Positions 1 through 11,324 of a DNA stretch of 64,000 bases are shown piece after piece (positions within the stretch are counted from its first letter, which is position 1; each line of letters starts with the position of its first letter). A program made the position numbers and the translations under genes. The notes under the pieces are model-generated. The model saw nothing but the letters and a program-made list of their open reading frames with translations, was not told the DNA's origin and did not search any database. Where the stretch lies: positions 251,235,442 through 251,299,441 of the forward strand of contig NC_058133.1 of assembly GCF_016433145.1 (NCBI RefSeq), in the 5' to 3' direction. The DNA is from Gracilinanus agilis (lineage: Eukaryota).

Positions 1-19
1 AAAAAAAAAAAAATACTAA

Positions 20-982
20 ACAAAAAGACTGCCTGCCCTTCGATCCAGCCATACCAGTGCTGGGTTTGTACCTCAAAGAGATAATGGGGAAAAATGCATG
101 CACAAAAACATTTATAGCCAAGCTCTTTGTAGTGGCAAAAAAACCAAAAAACTGGAAAATGAGGGGATGTCCATTTATTGGAGAATGGCTGAAAAAATTG
201 TGGTAACTGTTGGTGATGGAATACTATTGTGCTAAAAGGAATAGTGAACTGGAGGAATTCCATGTGAATTGGAACAACCTCCAGGAATTGATGCAGAGCG
301 AAAGGAGCAGAACCAGAAGAATGTTGTACACAGAGACAGATACACTGTGGTACAATTGAATGTAACAGACTTCTCTACTAGCAGCAATGCAATGGTCCAA
401 GACAATTTTGAGGGACTTATGAGAAAGAACACTATCCACATCCAGAGAAAGATTTGTGGAAGCAAAAACACAGAAGAAAGACATTTGCTTGATCACATGG
501 TTCAATGAGGATATGATTGGGGATGTAGACACTAAATGATCACTCTATTGCAAATATTAATAATATGTAAAACCCAGCTGAATTGCATTTTCGTTACAGG
601 AGGGGGAGGGGAGGGAAAGAACATGAATTCTATAACTACGGAAAAATACTCTAAATTAAATTTTAAAAATTAAAAAAAAAAACTGTGGAAGTAGAAATAC
701 AGAAGAAAAACATTTCCTTGACCACATGGTTTGATGGGGATATGATTAGGGATGTAGACTCTAAATGATCACTCTATTGTAAATATTAATGGTACAGAAA
801 TAGGTCAATCAATGATACACGTATAACCCAGTTGAATTACTCATTGGCTATGGGAGAGGGGAAGGAGGAAGGGAAAGAATATGAATCATGTAACCATGGA
901 AAAATATTCTAAACTAATTAACCACACAAACAAACAACTAAATAAATAAATAAGCAAGCAAGCAAATAAATAAATAAATAAA
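20..982 (+). mobile_element. LINE-1 3' ends (ORF2 C-terminus plus 3'UTR, followed by a second L1 3'UTR)
   Basis: Decayed ORF2 C-terminus (DCLPFDPAIPVLGLY...EEFHVNWNNLQELMQSERSRTRR), G-rich 3'UTR tract and A-rich tails at about 660-682 and 940-982. Confidence 0.9.
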
Positions 983-1839
983 TGGACAGTGCTGTAGGAC
1001 TTAGTAGCAGCTTTGGCTATATTTTATTCTTCTGATGTTGGAAGAGATTCAATGGAAGGTGGGAGTGTCTAAAAGGAAATCACTGTAACGTAAAACTAAA
1101 GGCAACGATTAGAATAAAATTCCTCCATGACCCAAACTAAGGTTAAAAATCTTTCTTATACCGGTCACCCTTACATCAGAGCCAATACTGTTCTGCCCCC
1201 TGGAGGAACAGAGTTTTAACAACAACTAGCATTTGAATTTTTGAAGTTTTTAAAGCACTTTTACATATATGATCTCATTTTGTCCTTAACCCTGAAAGGT
1301 ATTATTGTTATCTTCATTTTACAAATGAGGAAACTAAGGCTAAAAAAGTTAAATGATTTGTCCAAGGTCAAACAACTAGTTATGTGTCTGGGTAAAGATT
1401 CTGGTCTCCATGTCCAAGGCTAACTAACTCCACCACACCCTCAAGCTGCCTCCTAAAATATGTAATCCCTCCCTAATCGCCTTCAAATATCTGAATAAAG
1501 CAACCATATTTATATATCTTCCCTTTCCCAGACTAATACTCACAGGGAACCCTAAATTGTTCCTCATACATGGCATAGTTTTCATACACTAGCATACTAT
1601 GCTAGTTGTACTGCTCTCTACCAATAATCTAACACAAAACAGTGACCCAAACTAAATACAATAGAACCTGACCATAGCAGAATGCAATTTTGTAAAAATC
1701 TTTGTATCTCTTGAGTGAAGATAGGTGTTTCACAAATGCTTGCTAAACCAAAAATAAAAAAAATTAAAAAATACAGTGAAATAGATAATAAATACTAAAC
1801 TAATTTTTGATATAGGAATGCCATAAAAATGCCTAGATT

Positions 1840-3035
1840 TCTTCAAGTGACTTGACAAATATCCTTGAGGACCAAATCAAGAAACCCTTACACTAAGCAC
1901 AGGAAAAGGGTTGAAGCTGGTTGTGACTAGGTCTTTTTCATCCTCTCTTTTGGGTTAAATTGGAGAGAAGTCACAGATAGTGGGCTAATGAAATTGACAG
2001 ATAACATAAAAGCAGAAATGATAGCTGATATACCAAGATAATAGAAATGAGATCCAAGAAGATCAAAAGACTAGAAAACTGGACCAAAACTATCAAGGTT
2101 AAATTTAATAAGAATAAACTTGGATTTAAAAAAAATCAACTACACAATGGAAGAGGGGAGCACTGATAGACAAAAGTAAAAAGACCTGAGGGTTTTCACA
2201 GACTCCATATGAGCCAACAGCAGGAACTCAGAAACACAACTCTAATGACAAGCTACCTGTACAGAAGCAAAGAATTCAGAATGTGGGCAGTGACAGTCTT
2301 GTTGTACTAGGTTCTGGTCAGACCACATTCTAGAGCATTTTGTTAGGCTGTGAGCACCACATGTAGTAAGGATATTCTTTTTTTTCCCTCTCTCTCTCTC
2401 TTTTTTTTCCCTCTCTCTCTCTCTTTTTTTTAACCCTTACCTTCCATCTTGGAGTCAATACTATGTATTGGGCTCCAAGGCAGAAGAGTGGTAAGAGCTA
2501 GGCAATGGGGGTCAAGTGACTTGGCCAGGGTCACATAGCTGGGAAGTATCTGAGGCCAGATTTGAACCTAGGACCTCCCCTCTCTAGGTCTGGCTCTCAA
2601 TCCACTGAGACAACCAGCTGCCCACAAGGACAGTCATAAGATGGATCCTATTTAGAGAATGATGATATTGAAAAGACTGGAAACCCCACTGCATGTGGAA
2701 TGGATAAAGAAATTCTAAATGTTTAACTCGGAGAAGAAAAGAGCTAAGGGAGTCATGATAGTTGTTCTGAAGCATAAGGCAGCCTGCCATATGGAAGAGG
2801 AAATCTGCTTGGTCTCATAAGGCAAAACAAGAAACAAGGATGGAAGGTGGATTTAGGCTGAAAAAGGACAAACTTCCTGATAATTAAAGTGTTTTAAATG
2901 TGGAACTGCACTGCCATGGAAGGTAGTGAAGCTCTTCAAATGGACAACTTGTTAGGATATTGAGGGAATTCCTGTTCAAGTATAGTATAAATGACTTCTG
3001 AGGTCCCCTTTCATTTGGTCCTTTCAAGCTCTGAC
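1840..3035 (+). mobile_element. Old CR1/L3 LINE fragment interrupted by a SINE
   Basis: Degenerate CR1-like 3' ORF2 text (CTGGTCAGACCACA..., ...GAGGTCCC...CTGACATTCTATGAT 3' end). Recognised by resemblance only. Confidence 0.6.
2377..2623 (-). mobile_element. SINE1_Mdo-type SINE
   Basis: Reverse complement of GGGCAGCTGG...TCAGTGGATTGAGAG...GGTTCAAAT...GGAAGGTAAGGGTT plus a T/TC-rich tail. Confidence 0.9.
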
Positions 3036-4659
3036 ATTCTATGATCAATGTCTCAATGTGCACAAGTGCTGGGATTACACTAGGCTATAAATTAATGAAA
3101 TTCTCTTGTTAGAACCCTAAATTTAGTTTTAGAATGAATTTTGTGCTCAGCCCAAATTTGGTAATTCACTTCAAGTAAAATAACACCTGTCTCAGGAAAG
3201 GCTAGGAAATTTCCTAATTCTGCTTGTATAGACAATTACTTCCTGCATACCCTTCTCTAAAGTGAAAATCATTCAATTCTGAAATTGGCTATCTTTTCTC
3301 AGTGTCACAGTAGAATAGGATCTCAGTGATGATAAGCAGGGCCTTTATGATAAACCAATCAATCATTATCATCTTTATCATCACTAGCATTTATATGTGC
3401 CTGTGCCAGGCACTGTGGTAAGTGTTTTACAAATAGCTTTTCACAACAACACTATGAGGGAGGTGCTATTTTACAGTTGAAAAAACTGTGGCAGATAGGT
3501 TAAGTGACTTCTGCGGGTAGTAACTGTCTGTGACAGGATCTAAATTCAGGTCTTCTTGATTCTAGGTGAAGCATTCTATCCACAGTAGCCTCTGCGCCAA
3601 AATATCTAAAATAAAATCAGTCTGGGAGGAAGGGATACTATACAAAGCAAATAATTAAGCAAAATACAGCTGGAGGTAAGCTTGAAAGCAAGACAGGTAA
3701 TGGACCTGAGGAAGCACAGTAAACAGACAGTTCTTGTCTAATGTAAGTGGACTGTTCCATTTCCCCACTTCTCTCTATGCTCCTTGTGACTCTCTGACAT
3801 GCCACCACCCCCTCAAGAGCTGCTTCAGTGCCTAGGCCCACCTCCCCAAATCCTCCAAGTCTAAGGGCTTCAATGTCTGGAGGGATAGAGGAGGGAGCTG
3901 AATTTCCATAGTGCGAACATAGGAAAGCCAGAATGGTCAATACTGGGAACAGTACTAAACTTGGAAGCTAGGGTCTTGTGTTCAAATCATAAACTCAAAT
4001 CTGTCAAATGAGCATAATAATACCTGGCAGGTTATATAAAAGATACTTTATAAATACAAGCACAAGTTACTATTACAACCAGTGCATTTAATGTACTCAA
4101 ATCATTTACGGGTCCTTTGTCAGCCCTCACTGATAGGGCAAATAATTCATACACTTAATTATAAATGGCTCTTTATTTTTATTCAATGAAGTTGATGATT
4201 TGATAGCCATTTGTTTTGTGCTACTACATCTGATTGAAAATAATAGGACATATAACAGGTGCTCCTTTTCCCTTCACTGATTCCTTCTTCATGTGGAATT
4301 TGAACTAGTGATATATTGGATTTTCTTCAAAGCAGACAGCCTGATGATGTATTAATCCGTTAAATAGGTAGCTTAATAAGGTATACATGGAAACACAATG
4401 ATCATAACTATCAATATGAATAGGATAAGCTTGCCTATAACATGGAAGAATTGGATTAGAAATGGATTAGAAAGCAGAATCTAAAGATATTTTTACAAGA
4501 AACATTCAAAATATAAAGACTCAAACAGAGTTAAAATAAGGGGTTGACAGACACTTCCTAGTCGTGTGACCCTGGGCAAGTCACTTAACCCCCATTGCCT
4601 AGCCCTTACCACTCTTCTGCCTTAAGGCAGAAGGTAAGGGTTTAAAAAATATAGAGGTT

Positions 4660-7600
4660 GAAACAAAATCTATTATGACCCGGCTGATCTCAGAAAAAAA
4701 AAAATAGGGGTAGTGCAAAAGCAAAAACTCACTTGATTTTTAAAAAAAGTTAAAAAAGACAAATGGGGGAAAATATTTTGCTGAAAGATATGAGACAACT
4801 TAAAGGAAATGGGCAAATATCTACCCAAAAGGGTAAATATCCAGAAAAACAGAACAAGAAATAAAGAATTTAAACAACACAATTTCAGCAAAAAAAAAAT
4901 TGAACTAGCCTTAGATGAACTCCTAAAAGAAAAAGCCCAGACCAGCTGGAAATACAAGTGAATTCTATCAAATACTGAAAGAACAATTAATTCTATTACA
5001 CAATTTGTAAAAATAGCAAAATAAGGCATCCTACTAAATTCCTTCTATGATACAAATATGGTCTTAATATCTAAAGCAATGCAAGTCAAAACAGAGAAAA
5101 AACTACAGAACAATATTCCTAATGAATATTAATGCAAAAAGTGTGCATGTATAAGTGTATATATGTAAAATATATATACACACATATAGAGATTCACACA
5201 TAGGCAGACAACTCTCATAAGTGGACTGTCAGAAGACCTACAAAATAAAATTTTAAGTAATGCAAATTATTATTATGGGGGATGAAGGAGGGGCTGCTCA
5301 CAAACACATGGTTCAGGGACATGGGGTAAGGGGATCAGGGACAGGGAGGGCAAGAGGAGGATTGGATTGGTGACAGGAGGGGGCCAACTGGAAGCAACAG
5401 ACAAGTACTTGGTAGAAGGTGGAAGGAAGATGGGTGGAGGGAAGAGAGGGGCAAGGCAGACACACTGAGGTGGGCGAAGCAGGACAAAGGTCTCCTCTTT
5501 CAGTACTGGAGGTCTCAAGTTAAGCCCCCAATACTACTGATCTGGGTCAGTGGCAGTCTCTCTCCACATACATTCTTCTGCTTTTTTTGGGGGGGAGGGG
5601 GCTGAGAGTGGGGACAGGATTATGAGAGGAGAGGGAAGCCTTGGAGCCAAGCAGAGGGGCAGGAGAAGAGAAAGAGAGCATAGTATAGAAACAAATAGAC
5701 ATTCCCCTAACATGATATACAGTACTTAAAATAGTATCTAAAATGAGGAACCTGATTTCTATAGTAATGAGAATAAGTTACTTCCTTTTCAAAAAGACTA
5801 GGATAAAGCAAGGCTATCCATTATAACCTCTATTATTTATTTGATGATACAGTGCAGCAATAAGAAAAAGAAATAAAATAAAAATAGACCAAAAGAAACA
5901 AAGTTACCCCTTTTTTTGGTAGATGCATTTAGAAAATCCCAGTCAACTAAAAATTAATTGAAACAGTAGCATCATCCAAACTACAGAATAAATTATAACC
6001 ATTTTTACATATTACTGACAAAACCCAGACAGAAGTGATAGAGAAATTTCATTTAAAATAACTACAGAATAATGAGTCTACACTAATATATACAAACTGT
6101 TTAAGGAAATAAAGATAGACCCAAGTAACTAGAGAAATATAAATTGTTAAAGAGTAAGCCAGTATTATAAAAACTTCAATACAAAAGTTAATTCATTTTA
6201 GTGCCATATCAGTTGAGATAACAATGGAACACTTTATTAAATCAGAAAAACAAGGTCAAGAATCTTAAGACTAATAAATGAAAAAAAGGGAGAGTTTGTG
6301 AATATCAGATCTTTTACTGTACTACAAAGCAATAATCTTTAAAACAATTTAGGACTGGTTAAAAGAGAGGATAATTAGTGGAACCAATTAGGTATATTAT
6401 ATGTAGTACAATTGTGTTTAATAAATCCCAAAATTCTGTTATTATGGGAAGAATTTGCTATTTGACAAAAACTCTTAGAAAAACTGAACAGCAGTTCGGA
6501 AGAAACTAAGTTTAGACCAACATTTCATACCATATATATCAAGATAACAAATCAGAGGTGCAAAGATTCATGGACAGAAAAGTTTAGGACTAAACAAGTA
6601 ATAGAAAAAATTACAGGGGGCAGCTAGGTGGCTCAGTGGATTGAGAGCCAAGTCTAGAGAGAGAAGGTTCTAGGTTCAAATCTGGCCTCAGACACTTCCT
6701 AGCTATGTGACCCCAGGCAAATCACTTAACCCCCATTGCCTAACCCTTACTGCTCTTCTGTTTTGGAACCAATACACATTGTTGATTCTAAGATGGAAGG
6801 TAAGGATTTTTTTTTAATTACAAATTACTACAAATTAATTATAAAAAATTACAAAAATTAGGAAATAAAATGGTATTTTTTGAGTATTATGAAATTTTAA
6901 AAGGTTGCATAAAGAAATCTAGTAGTTAAAATTAGAAGGGAAACTGGTAAATCAGAACAAATCTTTGCAAGTTTTTCTGATAGAAGTTTCATATCCAAGA
7001 TAAATAAGGAATTGATTCAGTATTACAAAACTAAAAGTCATTCTAATAGATGTGGTTCAAGGATATAAATAAGTTTTCTATATAAATAAGTTTTCAAAGA
7101 AATCCAAATTATCAATAATCATATGGTTAAAATACTCAAAATCATTAATAATAAGAGAAATATAAAATAAAGCAACTTTGTAGTTCTACCTCATAACAAT
7201 CAAACTGGCAAAAAACCAGAAATGTTTTTTTCTTTTTTCCTAGTGGAAGGTAAGAGAAAAATAAAATGCTCAACAGCTGAAAAAAAATTTAACTTTAAAA
7301 AAAGAATATTAGTATGTGGAAGGAGGGTGTGAGAGGGGTTAGGATAAAGTGCTTTCTGGAGAGAAGGTATAATGGGAAGTAAACCATCCCACAAAGTTTC
7401 CTCAAAAAAGAATATCATAGTTCTGAGAACAAAGAGGGAAAGGATGAGGCAAAAGGAGAGAACAAAGAACAAGTGGGAAAGCAGAAGAGGAAATAGGTGC
7501 ATTAAAAATGACCCTTAAGGAGAATCCTAAACAGATATATCCCCAGCCATAGCTACCAAAATCACACCTCTTCCTCTCATCTATCCTATAGCTCCTATCA

Positions 7601-8720
7601 TGTGCCAGGCACTGTCCTAAGTGAGTTACAAATATTACCTCATTTAATACTTATAACAACACAGGAAGGTAGGCACTATTACTATTTCCAATATGCAGAT
7701 GAGAAAACTGAGGCAAACAGGTTTAATGACCTGCCTAAGACCACACAGTTAATAAAAGAGTTTGAGAGAGGACTTGAATCCAGATCTTCAACTCCAGCCC
7801 CAGCATTCTATCCACTGGGCCACTTAACTCCCTCTAATCAGATTGTTTAGTTGAAAACTTTCTTTCAATGCTAACATTCCTTCTCTCCCATCCTCTTCCA
7901 AGTCCCTCTTTATTTATATCAAATAAAAATCTAAAATCCAAGATTACCTATAGACAACAGAAATACATGAGTAAAAGCCAGTCTCACATAGAAGTAGAGG
8001 AAGTGAAACACGATCTCAAAAAAAAAAAAGTTGCAAACTATTAACAACCATGTAAAAGAACGCTCAAAATCACTAATAATAAGAGTACCACAGATCAGTA
8101 GAAAAAGTCAACACTGGAGGGGTTGTGGAAAGACAAGTGTATTAATACATTGCTGGTAGAGCTGTAAAGTGGTCCAACTAGAAAGCAATTTGGAAGTATG
8201 AGATTGACTAAAATGTTCATACTCTCTTTAACTCAGAGATTCTCTACTTAAGCATATGCCCCAAGGAGGTAATGGGAGGAGACAGGGGAAATCCTGTTTG
8301 CATTAAAATATTTACAAGAGCATTTTCTGTGGTAGAAACAACTAGAAAAAGTATTTAAACCCATCATTTGGGAAAGGGTTATCAAACTATGGGATATACA
8401 CATAATAGGCCATCACTATGTTCTAAGGAATGAAGAATATGATGAATCTAGAGAAGTAAAGAAATATTTATATGAACTGATGCAAAGGCAAATAAAGTAG
8501 AACCAGGAATATACCACCAAACTACTACAGCAATGTAAATGGAAAGAACAAAAACATAATTAAAAACTTAATGTTTCAAAATTATAATGGACATGTCTGA
8601 AGAGATATGAGAAGATACTTACCTCACTACTTTGGGAAATGGGGGAAGAAAAGATATGGAAAATTACCAATATTAGATTTTTTTAATATGTTAGTGAGTT
8701 GTGCTAAATGTTATCTTTCT
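4660..8720 (+). mobile_element. Fragmented old LINE-1 ORF2/3' region with younger insertions
   Basis: A-rich L1-like text in collinear order (e.g. GAATTCTATCAAATA, ACTGGAGGGGTTGTGGAAAG, GCAATTTGGAAGTATG), interrupted by SINEs at about 4546-4650 and 6616-6806. Confidence 0.65.
6616..6806 (+). mobile_element. SINE1_Mdo-type SINE
   Basis: Starts GGGGGCAGCTAGGTGGCTCAGTGGATTGAGAG and ends GGAAGGTAAGG. Confidence 0.9.
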
Positions 8721-10176
8721 CCTTTTTTGTGCTTTCTTGAGGCTTAGCTCTCCAGAAGGGGATAGTGCAATATGTAAAGTGGGAACTGGGAGTGATTATT
8801 AAAACAAGATTCCAGGAACATTTAAAAAAAAAAAAAAAATCACGACTTCAAAATTCTCTTCACCCCAGACCTTTTCCCATCACACTCCTTCAGCTTTCTG
8901 AACGAACTAAACTTGTCTCTTCCTACCCCCACCCCACCAAGAAAGTTCTGTCCTCTAGAAAACCTCTCTAAGTGAAGGCCCACTTCCTGTTAAACCCTGA
9001 GGTCCAGTACCTTATGCCAAGGTGGAGTGGGCATCTTTCTTGCAACTCACTGCCAATCCTAGACCTTCTTTTCATTCCCTTTGATCAGAAATCCCCTTGG
9101 GTTCCGTATTATATGCATCACTGATACAGATTCTGAATGAAGTAATGAGCCCCCAAGTCATTCTCTCTTTCTCTAGGAGTTCAGGGCTTGGCTCGGTATT
9201 TCTCTACATAAATCCCTGCTCTATCATAGATGTGGAGCTGGAATGGGCTTTAAAAGCTACCCAGCCCTCATTTTATAGAAGAGGAAACTGAGGTTCAGAG
9301 ATCATGTGTCTTGCCTCAGGTCCCAGGGATGTGACCTCATAAACTTGCAGCAGAATGAAAATCTAGGTTTGGCTGACACCTGGTCCAGCACTCTATTCAT
9401 TAGACCACAAAGTCTAATGTAAGAGATTTCAATACATGTGTTGCTATCGCTTCAAATAGCCTGGTCACAAACTAGGTACTTCCATTTTCTTTCTTCTCAC
9501 TTTTTTTCTTTAACTTCCTCCCTGCAATCTGTCTTAAACACATCATTCCACCCAAACTACTCTCTCCAGAGCTACCACTGATCTCTTAATTACCAAATCC
9601 AATAGCCTTTTCTCAAACCTCATCCTTCTTGACCTCTCTGAAGACTTTCACATTATCCATCACCCTCATGATTCTCTTTCCAGTTCTTCTTCCGGAATAA
9701 TCAATATCAATCCTTCTCAGTCTCCTTTGCTGCCAATTTTTTTATCCATGTTACACCCACTAACCTCTCTCTAGTAAGGGTTCCACTTCTGACATGACCC
9801 ACAATGTCTAATACATTAAATTTTTCTTTCTTGTCTCTCACTGCCAATCCCAATCACCTATGGTTCTGTCCTTGGCCCTATTCCTTTCTCTCCCAAGAGT
9901 ATTTTGCTTGATTATCTCATTAGATCCTATAGATTCAATTACCTCTACTCAGATTTTCAGAGCTATCTGTTGATCTATACCAGTGATGGGCAAAGTACGG
10001 CCCTCGGGCCAGATGCAGGCCCCCTGAAATGTTATACAGTCATGTGACATTACTCTTAATCTGACAAATACAATGAGTAGGATACAATACAATGAAACTT
10101 TGAAAGAGTTGCCTTAGAAACAGAATGACAGACGAGCATTTCCTTTCCTTTGGTCCCCTCTTTAAAAAGTTTGCCC

Positions 10177-11298
10177 TGAGAAAGTGTTCTAAATCTCTAA
10201 TAATTAGAGACATGCAAGTCAAAACAACTTTGAGGTTTCACCTCACACCTAGCAGATTGGCTAAAATGACAGCAGGGGAGAGTAATGAATGTTGGAGGGG
10301 ATGTGGCAAAATTGGGACATTAATGCATTGCTGGTGGAGTTGTGAATTGATCTAACTATTCTGGATGGCAATTTGGAACTATGCTCAAAGGGCATATGCT
10401 CAAAAAGGCCTTTTGATCCAGGCATAGCACTGCTTGGATTATACCCCAAAGAGATAATAAGGAAAAAGACATTTACAAAAATATTTATAGCCGCGCTCTT
10501 TGTGGTGGCAAGAAAATTGGAAAATGAGAGAATGTCCTTCCATTACGGAATGGTTGAACAAATTGTGGTATCTGCTGGTGATGGAATACTATTGTGCTCA
10601 AAGGAATAAAGAACTGGAGGAATTCCATGTGAACTGGAATGACCTCCAGGAATTGATGCAGAGTGAAAGGAGCAGATCCAGGAGAACATTGTACACAGAG
10701 ACTGACAGGCTGTGGTAACAACCAAACATAATAGACTTCTCTACTAGCAGAGATACAATGACCCTGGGTTAACTCTGAGGGACGTATGAGAAAGAAAACT
10801 AGCCACATTCAGAGGAAGAACTGTAGGAGGAAAAATAGAGAAGAAAAACAACTGCTTTTACACGTGGGCTGATGGGGATATTATTGGGGATGTAGACACT
10901 AAACAATAACTCTAGTCCAACTATCAATAATATGGAATTAGGTCTTGATCAATGATACATGTAAAACCCAGTGGAATTGTGCATTGGCTTAGGGGGGTTT
11001 GGGGGAGAGGGAAAGAACATGAAATATGTAACNAGAGGAAGAACTGTAGGAGGAAAAATAGAGAAGAAAAACAACTGCTTTTACACGTGGGCTGATGGGG
11101 ATATTATTGGGGATGTAGACACTAAACAATAACTCTAGTCCAAATATCAATAATATGGAATTAGGTCTTGATCAATGATACATGTAAAACCCAGTGGAAT
11201 TGTGCATTGGCTTAGGGGGGTTTGGGGGAGAGGGAAAGAACATGAAATATGTAACTATGGGAAAACATTCAAAATATAAACTTAAAATAAAATAAAAT
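10177..11298 (+). mobile_element. 5'-truncated LINE-1 (ORF2 C-terminus plus 3'UTR)
   Basis: CSKSLIIRDMQVKTTLRFHLTPSRLAKM...PFDPGIALLGLYPKE...NKLWYLLVMEYY. TSD AAAAAGTTTGCCC / AAAGAGTTTGCCC. Confidence 0.93.
10811..11255. other. 222-bp duplication across a single N (11033): probable assembly overlap artefact
   Basis: 10811-11032 is repeated at 11034-11255 with one mismatch seen. Confidence 0.8.
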
Positions 11299-11324
11299 AA
11301 AGAGTTTGCCCATCATTGATCTAT

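Larger units (their letters stand above)
9981..11318 (+). mobile_element. hAT/Charlie-type MITE (about 203 bp) with an L1 inserted into its right TIR
   Basis: TIRs CAGTGATGGGCAAA / TTTGCCC..ATCATTG and a perfect 8-bp TSD ATCTATAC at 9973-9980 and 11319-11326. Confidence 0.85.

Noticed and set aside
224-532. Overlapping ORFs at 224-532, 10125-10808 and 58574-59476
   Set aside because: They are L1 ORF2 C-terminal remnants or their antisense frames, not host genes.
7997-8009. PU.1/IRF composite-like GAGGAAGTGAAAC
   Set aside because: A single motif inside an old L1 fragment; likely chance.
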